Source: Acidimicrobiales bacterium (lineage in GTDB: Bacteria; Actinomycetota; Acidimicrobiia; Acidimicrobiales; CADCSY01). From it: a stretch of 43,004 nt of DNA. The first letter of the stretch is position 1; each line of letters starts with the position of its first letter. The notes beneath the pieces are model-generated. The model made no database searches. It was not told where the DNA came from and saw only the letters and a list, made by a program, of their open reading frames with translations. A program made the translations under genes and the position numbers. Where the stretch lies: the NCBI GenBank assembly GCA_036275955.1, contig DASUCO010000070.1:1-43004 (forward strand). Reading direction: 5' to 3'. Of this stretch, positions 26,601-38,600 are shown piece by piece.

Positions 26601-29600
26601 CGTCGTCTCCCACCACGCCGGTCTCCATCGCCGCCCAGCGCGTGTGCATCACGCCGTGCTCGTCCGGCACGTCGACTTCCTGGAAGAAGTAGACCTTGTC
26701 GCCGGCGGCGAACGACGCGTCCACCGGCACGGCCACCTGCACCGGCTGCTCGAGCCGCCCGGCGCCGATGTCCAGGCGGAAAGCGCCGGCGAAATCGAAG
26801 ATGTCGGGCACCGGGATGGCGAGATCGGCCTGGTCGATCTTTTCGATCGTCACGGGGGTGTCGGCGGACAGCTGGCCGGGGCCGATGGAGACGCGGTGGC
26901 CGTCCGCGCCCTGCACCACGCCGCCCTCGGCGCCGACGATGGCCGGCCCGCTGACCGGCGCCGCCACGCGCACCGGCACGACCTGCTCGCCGGACTTGTG
27001 GATCACGGTGACGGTGGTCTCGCCCGCGCCGACGGCATGGATCAGCCCGTCGGCCGATACGCTGATCACCGAGCTGTCGCCCGTGAAGTAGCGCGTGCCC
27101 TGCGCCGCGCCGGTGACGAAGGTGGAGGTGCCCCACATGACGCTCATCTGCTTGTCCGCATCGGGCGCAAGCGTCAGCGTGTCGGGATACGCGTCGATGC
27201 CGAAGAAGTACACCGACACGTCGCTCGGGCGCACCGGCGCGCCCACGGCTACCGCGGTGGCCGCGGCGAGCGAGCCGCGCTCGGCGAGGAGGACGGTGGT
27301 GCCGTCGGCGAGGCCGGTCAGCATGCCGTCGGCCGACAGCCCGGCGACGCCCGCGTCGAGGGTGCGTGCGTTCACGTACCAGAGCGGCAGCGCGACGTCC
27401 GCCTGGTCGGCGAAGTCGCCGAGCAGCCGGATGGCGGCGCTCGCCCCGGCGCCGAGACGGACACTGCGCTGGGCGAAGTCCAGGCCGATGAGCTCGGCGT
27501 TGCTGACCTCGATCTCGAGCTCGGCGAGCGCCGAGACGTTGAAGCCGTCGTCGGCGATGATCTCCAGCTGCGCCGCGCCGGAGAAGCCGGCTTCGGGCGT
27601 GAAGACCACCGACTGTCCGTCCGCCGTCAGCGCGGCGCTGCCATGCGTCACGCCGGCGACGCGGTAGTACACGGCGTCGCCGTCCGGGTCGCTCGCCACG
27701 CTGCCGAGGTCGATGGTGACCGGCAGGCCTTCGTGCGTGAGGACGTCGGGCAGCACGGCGTTCACGGCCGGCGCCTGGTTGGCGAAGAAACCGTAGTTCG
27801 CGAACAGCACCTGGCGCGCACCGGTATCTCCCGGCGGCAGCAGCGCCGAGTCCTGTCCGTCGACCGCGCCATCGAGGTTGAGGTCGCCGCCGGCGGCGAG
27901 GGCGAGGGTATAGGCGCCGCTGCCCTCGACGCGCAGCTCGTACAGGCCCTCCTCGCTGATCGCGAATATCGTGGCGGAGAGCTGAGTCAGGCCCGGCGCG
28001 ACCAGGGTGGCATCGCCTTCCACGGCGGCGCGCAGCAGGAGCACCTGGCCGGCGGCCGCGGCGATCTCGCTCGCGCGCGCGCTGAACGCGTAGCTGTCGC
28101 TGCCGCCGGCGCCGAGGTCGCCGCTGAACGTGCGCCCGGTGAACTGGGCGAAGCCGCCGAGGTCGGCGTCGTCGCCGATGTCGAGCGCGAGCGACAGCTT
28201 GCCGTCGGTGTAGGCGTAGCGCTGGCCGGCGCCGTCCGCAAGATCGCGCGCCGCCACGAGGCGGCCGTCGGCGTCGTAGCGATAGACCAGCGCCCCGCCG
28301 TCGGGCGCGGTGACGCGGACGATGCGGCCGTCCTCGTCCAGCACGAAGCGCAGCGCCGCGCCGTCGGCGCCGGTGATGCCGCTGTCGCTCACGAACACTC
28401 GCGCACCGGAAGCGGCGCGGATCTCGGTGACGCCGCGCTCGGCGTCGACGGTGTAGCGCGTGCTGTCGGGCGCGGTGAGCGTGTAGACCCGCGGCTCGTA
28501 CGCCTGGCCGGTGGACGCGTCGTAGTACTTGCCGCCGGCGCGCGTGAGGAGGCCGCCCTCGGATTGCAGCGTCCAGCCGTGCGCGCCATCGGCACGCCAT
28601 GCGGCCCGGTAGAACGTCGCCGGCCCGACCCGCTCCGCGACCGGCTGGAAGCGGAAGCCTTCGCGCGCGCCGTCGGGCAGCGTCACCACCGCGCGCGTCG
28701 CGTCCGTGAATCGCTCCATGTTCAGGTCGACGGCCACGTCGCGCAGCGCCAGGCGCCAGCCGTCGCCGAACGATCCCTGCGTGTCCGAGGCCAGGCTGTC
28801 ATAGCGGCGTTCAAGCGTGAGCTGGAACCCGTCCAGATCCACCGCGAGGTCGGTCTCGGTACGCAGCACCTGTTCCGTCTTCTGCGCGCTGCGGATCTCG
28901 ATCTGCGCTTCGGTGGTGGAGAGGCGCCCGCCGATGTCGCGAGCGGTGAGCTCGAGCGAATAGAAGCCGTTGACGAGCGTGCGCGGGTCGATGGTGGCGA
29001 GCGCGCCGCTCGCGGCCGCCTCGCCCGAGGCGAGGACTTTCACCGTGCCATCCGCCGCGCGCAGCTCGAGGCGCCAGAAGTCCAGGTTCGCGTCCTGCAC
29101 CGAGGCCGAGACGGCGGTCGGCGCGGCGACGATGGCGCCGTCGATCGCGGCGAGGGAGACGACCGGCGCCAGCTTGTCGGCGGCGTCGCGCACCTTGAGC
29201 TCGGCCTCGGCGCGGCCCTCGATGCCGTCCGCGTCGACGGCGATGGCGGTAAGGTCGAGCTTGCCCGGCGCGCCGGCGACGAGCGTGCCGCGGCCGTTCG
29301 CGTCGAGCGCGATCTCCTCGCCGCCCGCGAAGAGGCGCAGCGACGCGATGTCGGCCAGGCTGTCGGCGATCGCGTGCACCAGCACGCGCTGGCCGGGCAG
29401 CGCGGGGAAGCGCGGCGTGAGCTCGATGCGCACGGCCGGCGCCACCGGCTCGAGGCTCGCGCGCATGACGATGGTCTGCCGCGCCGCCGCGACGCCGTCG
29501 CTCGCGACGAAGGTGACGACGTGGTCGCCGGCCTGGCCCGGTCCCGGCGTCCAGGTAACGAGGCCGGTATCCGCGTCAAGCGTCGCGCCTTCGGGCAGGT

Positions 29601-32600
29601 CCAGCGCAGTGAACGTGAGGACGTCGTCGGCGTCCGGATCGCTCGCCGTCAGGGTAAAGCTGCGCTCCTCGCCGAGGAGGAAAGCATGGCTCGACTCGTC
29701 GAGCGACGGATCGCGGTTCACGTCGGCGACGCGCAGCGTCACCGCCATCGTGCCGGTGCCGCCCGAGGTGTCCTGCGCGGCGAAGGTGACGACGTGCACG
29801 CCGGCCTGCTCGAAGGACGGCGTCCACACCAACTCGCCACGCGTCGGCACGAAGAGCGCGCCTTCGGGCAGCCCGAATGCCGAGAGCACGAGCGGCTCGG
29901 CGTCGGCGTCGGCGGCGACGACCGTGAAGCGGATCTCGGCGTTCTCGCGCGCGAGCTGCGTGAACATCGGCACGAACGCCGGCGCCTGGTTGGCGTTGGT
30001 CACGGTGATCGCAACCGTGTCCGAGCTCGCGCCGGCGCCGTCGCTCGCGACGAAGGTGATGGCGTAGGTGCCGGCGCGGTTCAGCGCCGGGCGCCAGCTG
30101 AACACGCCGGTCTCGGCATCGAGCGTGGCGCCGGCCGGCAGGCTCTCGGCGCTGAACGTCGGCGCGTCGCCGTCGGCGTCGATCGCCTGCAGCTGGAAGG
30201 TGAGGAGCTCGCCCTCCGCGACCGTGCGCTCGCCGACCGGCAGCAGCAGCGGTGCGCTGTTGGCCGCGCGCACGACGAGGTCGAATGTCGCGCTGGTGGC
30301 TTCGGTGCCGTCGCTGGCCGTAACGGTGACCGTGTGGCTGCCGGGCGCGGTCGGCACCCAATGGACGACCGCCCGGCCATAGACCCCGGTGGAGATCACC
30401 GTCGCGCCCGGCAGGCCGGCGACCGAATAGGCGAGCGGGTCCTGGTCCGCGTCGCTGACGCGCACGGGAAGAAGGAACGGCTGGCCGAGCACGGCGACCG
30501 CGTCGCCCAGGTGCTCGAGCACCGGCGGCTCGTTCTCGCTCTCGACCGAGACGACGAAGACGAAGCTCGACTCGAGGGCGGGACCGGTGCCGTCGCCGTT
30601 ATCGCGCGCGACCAGCTTCACGGCGTGGTCGCCCCGGTCACCGGCATGGGGCGCCAGCGTGAAGACGCCCGTGCCGTCGCCGTAGTCGGTGAACTGCATG
30701 AAGGCGGGCAGCGGGAAGCCCGGCTGCTCGCTCGTCGCAGAGAGGACGACCGGGTTGCCTTCCGGATCGGTGGCGCGCACCGTGAACTGCATGGTGGCGT
30801 CGCGCTGGACGGTCGCGTTCTGCACCGCCTCGATCACCGGCCGGCGGTTGAGGTTCAGCACCTCGACCGGCACGACGATCTCGTCGCTCAGGCCGCCGTC
30901 GTCGGTCGCGATGAAGCGCAGCTCGTAGGTGCCGGCCTGCGCGTGCGTCGGCGTCCAGGTGAAATCCCAGGTCTCGGTGTCGAAGCTCGCGCCCGCGGGC
31001 AGGAGGTCCGCGGCGACGCTCACCGTGGCAGCCGTGTCCGAGAACCGGATGAGGCTGCCGTCGGCGGCGCGGAACGGCCGGCCGTAGAACGGGTTGTCCG
31101 GGTCGAAAGCGAAGAGGTTGATGACGAGCGGCTGGCCCTCGTACGTCTCCCAGCCGTCCTGCGGATCGAACACCGGCGCGCCGTTGGCGGCGCCGACCGT
31201 GAGCCGCATGACCGCGCTCGCGCTCTGCGCGCCGTCGCTGACGCGCAGCGGAATGTCGTAGACGCCCGCCTGCGTGAAGTCGGGCGTCCAGTCGAAGACG
31301 CCGGTCTCGGGATGCAGCGTGGCGCCGAACGGCAGGCGCGTCGACGAGAAGCGCAGCTCCGCCGCGCCGTCGCCGCGCGCGTCGAGCCGCAGGCGGATGG
31401 GGTCGCCTTCCTGCGCAAAGCGATCGGCGGGCTTGACCAGCACCGGCGGCTGGCGGCCCTCGGCGACGAGCAGCGTGACGCTGGCCACCGTCTGCGACAG
31501 GTCGTCCGCCGCGAAGAGCCGCAGCTGGTAGGTGCCGGCGGCGTCGAAGCCCGGCGTCCAGGAGAAGAGGCGCGTGGCCGGATCGAAGCTCGCCCCGGCC
31601 GGAAGGCCGTCGGCCCAGAAGGTGAGCGCGTCGAGGTCGGCGTCCGCGGCGACGACGGCGAAGTCCATCGCCTCGCCCTCGCGCCCGAGCGCCTCGTCGG
31701 GGAGTCCGTGGAAGCGCGGCGCCTCGTTGCCGCCCTCGATGTCGAGCACGAAGCGCTGCAGCGTCACCGCGCCGCGGCTGTCGAAGGCCTGCAGCACCAC
31801 CGTGGCCTGCGCCGGCACCAGGGCCGGCACCTCCCAGGTCACGACGCCGGTCTCTGCGTGCACCGTCATGCCGTCCGGCGCGCTCAGCAGGTGGTACACC
31901 ACCGCCTGGCCGTCCGGGTCGGCCGCATTCGCGTCATATGCGAACGGATTGCCGGCGACGGCTTCCAGAGGGGGCGTGCTGTCGAAGAGCGGCGCGCGGT
32001 TCGGCGCCGCGCCGGCCGAAACGCCGGCGGAGAATTCGACCCGGCGGCGGTCCGGGCTCTCGACCGACACCGTGCGCGCGGCGCTCGACTGGCCGGGCAG
32101 CAGGCGCCCGTCGGGCGGCAGCGAGCCGGAGAGGTCGATCAGCCAGCGGCCGTCATGGCTCTGGCCGGCCGCGTCGAGCGGCACGCCGGGATAGCCGTCG
32201 AGCGGATCGAGCGTCAGCAGCACCGGCAGCACGAGCGCGCCGTCGCTCGTGTTGGTGATGCTGACGTCGAAGGAGACGGTGCCGAGCGAGCGGTCGGAGC
32301 GGGTGCTGCCGAAGCTCACGTCGATCAGCCCGGTGAGGTCGCCGAGCGCGGTGAAGCCGGTGGTGTAGTCGGCGGCGAGGCGCAGGCCGAAGCCGCTCGA
32401 CACGGTGTCCTCCACCGTCAGCGTGTAGTCGTCGGCGAGCAGGCTGTGGAAGGTCACCAGCGACGTGCGCGTCGCCGCGTCGTAGATCACGCCCTGCGCC
32501 GCCTGCAGGCCGGTCGTCTCGCCGACCAGCCGGTAGCTCGCGGCATCGAGCACGCTCGCCGACATGTCCTGGTCGAAGCGCACCGAGATGAACGGCAGCG

Positions 32601-35600
32601 GCAGCAGCACCGTCGAGTCCGCCGGCACGCTGGTCGACAGCACCTTCGGCGCGACCGCCGGGCTCACCACGTCGACCTGGCCGGACTGGCTCACCAGCAC
32701 GCGGCCGTCGCGCGTGGTGGCGACCACGTCGCCGCGCGAGCCGCCGCGCGCGAGCGCCACTTCGCGCAGCGTCGCCGTGTCGACCATCGTCAGCTCGCCG
32801 GAGTTGTGCGAGACGAAGAGCAGCGAGTCGAGCGGCGAGCCCTCCCGGCCGAAGGCGAGCGAGTCGACGCCTTCCTCGAACTCGAGCATCACCTCGGCGC
32901 GCGCGCGGTCGGTGAAGCGCACGACGTGCGTGCGATCGGGCCAGGTGGTGGCCCAGAGATCGCCCTGCGCGTCGAAGGCGAGGCTGCCGACGCGCAGGTT
33001 GCCGTCGCGGCTGTACTGCGTGAACAGGCCGCTCGCCGGATCGAAGGTCTGCACGCCGCTGTTCGTGGAAACGAACAACAGCCCGGTCTCCGGCTGCACG
33101 GCAAGCGCCATCGTCACGCCGTCGCCGAAGCGGTTGACGATCGTGCCGCTCGCCGGATCGAGCTGCACGAGCGCGCCGCCGCCGGTGGTGGCCCACAGGC
33201 GGCCCTCGGCGTCGAACGCCATGTTGAACACCGGCACGTCGAGGCTCGCCCACGGCGCGCCCGCCGTCCCGCCGTCGCGCCCGAAGCGCCAGATTTCGCT
33301 GCGGCTCGCGCCGCCCGACACCAGCACGTCACCGCTCGGCGTCTCGACGATCGCCATCGGGCCGATGCCGGACTGGCTCGCGTCGATACCGGTGGCGAAT
33401 GCCTGGGCGACGAACGGCCGCAGCACGCTGTCGAATTCGGAAAGCCGCGTCGCGGGCGCGGCCGCCGGGATGCCGGCTTCTGCCGCGGCGAACAGAGGAT
33501 TCTGCGAAGGTTGGGGCAACGGCGCCGGCGCCTGCCCGAAGTCCGGCGGCGTCGTCCGTTCGACGCTCGGCAGCGCGCCGAGGTTGATGCCCGAATCGTC
33601 GGCGGTGGCGTTGACGCCCGGCGCCGGTGCTTCGCGGTTGCCGGCGGAATCGGTGGCGAGCGCGAGGAATTCGTAGGTGTGGCCGGCCTCGCCCTGGAAC
33701 ACCGCGCTGCCGGACGCATCGGGCACCTGGCGCTGCCAGATCTTGAAGTCGCCGCCGTCGGTGGCGACGTAGAGCGTGACGTGCTTGAAGCCCGAGCCGC
33801 CGGCATCGTCGGTCGACTGCCAGCTCACCTGGAAATCGCTCGTGGCGCCGATGCGCTGCACCGCGACGTGGCTGGTCGGCGCCGCGCCGTCGACCATCTG
33901 GGTGAGCACCAGCGTGTCTTCAGCCGCCTGCCCCTCGAACAGCACGCGCGCCGATGCGCTGATCTCCGCGCCGGTGGCGATCTCGGCCTTCGGCTTGACG
34001 CTGTACGAGACGAAGCCGGCGCCGGCGCCGAGGCCGTCGTTCGGCGCGAGCAGGCCGCGCGTCGCGTCCTGGAGCACCTCGCCGGTCAGCGGGTCGATCG
34101 CCTGGATGAGCCATGTCGCCTGGTTCGGCGTCTGGAAGCGGTCGATGCCGGCGCTGACGCGCAGCACGAAGCCGCGCGTCTGCACGAAGTCGATCTCCGT
34201 CTGGAACAGCGCCCTGCCGTCGGGCACATCGATCGAGATGTCGCCGAGCTTGATGTCGCCGAGCTCGAAGCTGTGGCCGTCCAGATCCGTGTCGAGCTGC
34301 GTCACGACGCGGATCTCGTTCACGTAACGCGAGGCGCCTTCGGCGTTCTGGAAGCCGATGCTGTAGGGCAGCGCGGCGTCGGCCGGCAGCCAGCCCTGCG
34401 TGTCGAACGTCTGCGGCCCCGTGATGCTGGCGGCGCGCCCGGCCGCGCCTTCCTCGGTGAAATAGCGGCTGAAGTCGAGCTCGGCGAACTCGTCGCCGTC
34501 GACCGGCGCCGGCCCGCCGACCTGGAAGTCGGTCGGCAGCCCCGCGCCGCGGTTGGGGAAGCCCATCCACGGCACGTACACGCGGAACGCCTCGAAGTGC
34601 GTCGGGTTCGACAGTCCGAGGTCGTAGTCCTCGAACTCGGGCAGCAGCGGCACGGGCACCCAGCCCTCGAAGCACTCGCTCTCGCGGAAGTCCATGTACT
34701 CGATCGGCGCCGGTCGCGCCTGGTCGTGCCCGTAGAGCTCGCGCAGGCGCTCGAAGAAGCCGAGGAGGTCGGCGTCGCTGCGGATCTCGCTCCCGGCCGG
34801 GCCGAACAGGATCCCCGAGGCGAGCGTCGCCATGAGGCTCACGATGTGCTGCTTCTCGCGGATCGGCGGCGCGTCGCCGTCGTCGCGCAGCAGCCCCGCG
34901 TCCTCCAGCGCCGCGAGGTACAGGTCGACCCAGGCAGCCTCGTCGCCGGCGAGCGCGACCAGCGGCGCGGGCGCCTCGGCGTCGTCCAGGATCGCGTCGC
35001 GCAGCGCGCGCGCCTCGGCGCTCTGGTGCGCCACGTACTCCTCGCGCGTCATCGTCGTCGCGGTGGCGAAGACGTGGAAGCGGAACGGGATGAAGGGGAT
35101 GCGGCACTCGTCGGGCACCGCCTCGTTCTGGTTGTAGAGGCCGACGAAATCGATCTCGGAAAGCGCGTTGCCGACGCCCGCGTCGATCTCCTTCACCGTG
35201 TCGATCACCGCGTCCCACCAGTCCTCCAGGCCCTCGGCGCCGTCCTCGAGCAGGTGGTCGTGCTCGGGAAACGCGGCCGCCATGCGCGCGCGGAACGCGT
35301 CGAACGCGCGCTCGTGCAGCGCGCGCAGCCCGGGATAGGTGATGACGTTGAACGAGAAGCCCGAGAAGCCGTCGGCCGGCTGGTCGAGGAGGTAGCCCGA
35401 GGTGGTGAGGTGGCCGTCGGTATTGACGATCGACTCGAGCTCGAGCCACGGCACTGCCTCGTTGGCGCCGCCTTCGGCGCCCTCCGGCGTGCCGCGCACG
35501 TTGGTGAAGAACTCGAGGTACGGCAGGCCGTACAGGATCGGGTTGAAGTTCAGCTGCGGCACGCCGACCTGGAAGAAGGTGTACGGCGCGTCCAGGTTGC

Positions 35601-38600
35601 CGAGGTTCTGCAGCGCCACCGAGTAGGTCGCCTGGTCGCCGGCCAGGATGACGCGCGGGCCGCCGATGCCGATCGTGACGTCGGGCTCGATGGCTCGCTC
35701 GACGAGGAAGCGGTAGGGCACCGCCGCCGTATCGCCCGAGGGGTTGATCACCTCGAGGTCGTACAGCCCGTGCGGCGCGCCGCTGAAGTCGAAGGCGGCG
35801 ATGATCTTGCTCGAGTCCACCACCCTCCAGCTGACCGGCTCGTACTCGGCGATGCCCGGGCGCGAGAGCTTGACGATCGCGTCCTCGTGGAACTGCGCGC
35901 CGCGGATCGTGAGCGTCACATAGCTCGAGTCGCCGCCGCGGTCGGTCTGCACGTCCGTAATGGCGAGCGGCAGCAGCTCGGCGAAGAGCCGGATGCCGCT
36001 GCCCTCCTGCGGCCCGCTGAAGCCGCGCACCAGCACGTAATAGGTACCGGGCTTGGTGGAAGGAACGAGCGCCGTCAGGTCGCTCGACAGCGGACCCGTG
36101 TACGTCGCGTCGAATGCCGACGCCGTCGGCACCCCGTCGTGGCGTACGTAGATCTCGTTGGCCACCTGGTCGGAGTCCGAGCGCAGCGTCACGCGCATCG
36201 TGCGATCGGCCGGCACGGTGATGCGGTAGAGCCGCTCCTCACCCGGATCGAGGTGCGTGTTCAGCGGCACGCCGAGCCGGAGCTCGTCGACCGTGGCCTC
36301 CAGCGTATCGGCGGAGGCGGTGCGGTTGTTCGCCTCGTTGACGTCCTCGTGCACCTGGTTGAAGACGTCCGTGCGCGCGATCACGCGGTAGTGGCCGGGG
36401 GTGGCCGGCGGCAGGCCCGCGTCCAGGCTCAACGTATAGGAGGCGCCCGGCGCGAGCGTGCCGGTGAACGTCGCACGGCCGAGCGCACGGTCGCCGATGT
36501 CCCAGGCCGCGTCCTGCGAGAGATACAGCGCGTCGGTCCAGCTCCCGCTCGCCGCAACCGTCTCGCTCTGGTTGGTGACGGTCCACTCGAGGTGCACCGT
36601 CTCGCCCGAGCGCGCGCTGGCCGGCACGGCTACCGCGGTGACCACGAGGTCGGTCGGCGGCGGCAGCTCGACGATCAGCGGCGCCGCGCTGGCGCGGTCG
36701 TTGTTGCGCTCGTCGGCCCCCTCGAACACCTCGCCGCTCGCGTTCGTGCGCGCCGGGTCGGTGACCACGAAGACGTAATAGGCCTCCGTGGCAAGGTCGG
36801 TCGGCACGACATAGCTGCGCTCGACGGAATAGCTCGCGTTGGCGCCGAGCCCGCCGGTATGGCGGATGGAGCCGAGGAAGCGGTCGGCGCGCGTGTCGAG
36901 GAACTCGTCGCGCGAGAGGTACACGAGATCGTCCCACGCCGCCTGCGCGGTCGGCGTCGCCGCGCCGAAATTGGTGACCGTGTAGGACAGGTCGAACTTC
37001 TGCCCGCGCACCGCGCGCTCGTCGATCTCGAGCGTGCTCACCCGAAGGTCGGGCGCCGGCGCGGCGGTGATCTCGAATTCGGCGCTCGTCGCGTTGTTGC
37101 CTTCGCCCTGGAACTCGCGCACGCGGCCGTTGGCGTCACCGCGCACGCCCGGCAGGCGCGGCGACAGGTCGCTCGTGGCCCAGCCGGACTGGCCGATGCC
37201 CGAATCGGCCATCGCGATCAGGTGGAACTCGCCGCTCGGCAGGTCGAACGGCAGCGTGGCATGCACGGTAGCGACGTACGAGCCGCCCACGTCGAGGGCC
37301 GAGCGGCGCACGAAATCGCCGAGCAGATAGTCGGCGTCGTCGAGCGAGCCGTCGCGCGAGAGGTAGACGCGATCGGTCCAGCTCGTCTCGCGCGTGGCGC
37401 GATTGCCGACGTTCGTCACGGTGAAGCTGATGGCGACGCTTTCCGTCGCCGCGGCGCTCTCGGGCGCATTCAGCGCGGTGACGCGCAGGTCGGGCTCGCG
37501 GTACTCGACCGGCAGCGGCGCCTGCGCCATGTTGTTGAGCGGGTACTCGTAGGCGTGCACGCCGTAGTAGCCGGGACCGCCGCCCGACAGGATCGGCCAG
37601 CCATGCGCGCGCGGGTCCTTCACGTTCTCGACGTTGGTGAAGACGTAGACGTAGTAGTCGCCGCCGACGCCCGGCGGCAGCGAGATCTCGACCTCGCGCG
37701 TGTAGCTCGCGCCGGCGGCGAGCGGCCCCGGCTGCTGGATCGATGCGGCTTTCGTCGCCCGCTCGAGGATGAAGCTCGGGTCGCGCGAGTACCAGACCTC
37801 GTCGGTCCAGTAGCTGGTGTGCGACCAGATCGGGTGCGCCGAGGCGTTGGTGACCGTGTAGCTGACGGTGGTCTTCTCGCCGGAGAAGGCCGGCGTGGTG
37901 TCGATGTCGGTCACCTGCAGGTCGGGCACGCGGTCGGTGACCGAGGTCGCCACGGAGGCGGTGTCGTTCGCCGGGTCCAGGTCGCTCAGGCCGGAGCGCA
38001 CGATGACGTACGCGCCCTTCGCCGCGGGGCTCAGCAGGATGGTCTGCGTATTCGTGTACGACTGCCCCGGCGAGAGCGACTTCGGCGCCGAGAAGGAGCC
38101 GATCTCGAAGACATGGTTGCCCGGCGCGTTGAGCGTCGGCTGCTCGGAGAGGTATACGGTGTCGCGCCAGCCGCTCGGCGCGTTCCCCGGCCCGTTGTTC
38201 TCGACAGTCCACGACACAGTGAACGCCTGGCCGCCGACGCCCTCGGTATCCGCGCTGACGGCGGTAACGGCGACATCGGGTTGCTGGGCGATCACCAGCT
38301 CGGGCGGCGGCGCCGGCGTGCCGATGAGATCGATGGCGCGCGCCTTGTAGTTGTTGTTGTTGATCTCGTTCGGGTCGTCGGGATTGACGTTGACCGCGAG
38401 CGTGTCTTCCAGCACCTGCGCGAAGGGATCGACCCACGGCATCAGGTAGTAGGTGCCGGAGACGACGTGCTCGGGCAGCGTCACCGTCACCGTGCGGTCA
38501 TAGCCCGCGTTCTTCGCCAGCGCGCCGCCGGCGTAGGCGACGCTCGAGAGCAGGACATCGCCCGCCGCCGGGTGCGGGCGGTTCTTGTCGCGGGTGAGCC

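Noticed and set aside
20846-28600. Minus-strand ORF of 2,584 aa overlapping the giant gene in another frame
   Set aside because: It is Arg/Pro/Gly-rich off-frame read-through of the 14668..42996 gene and has no recognisable domains.
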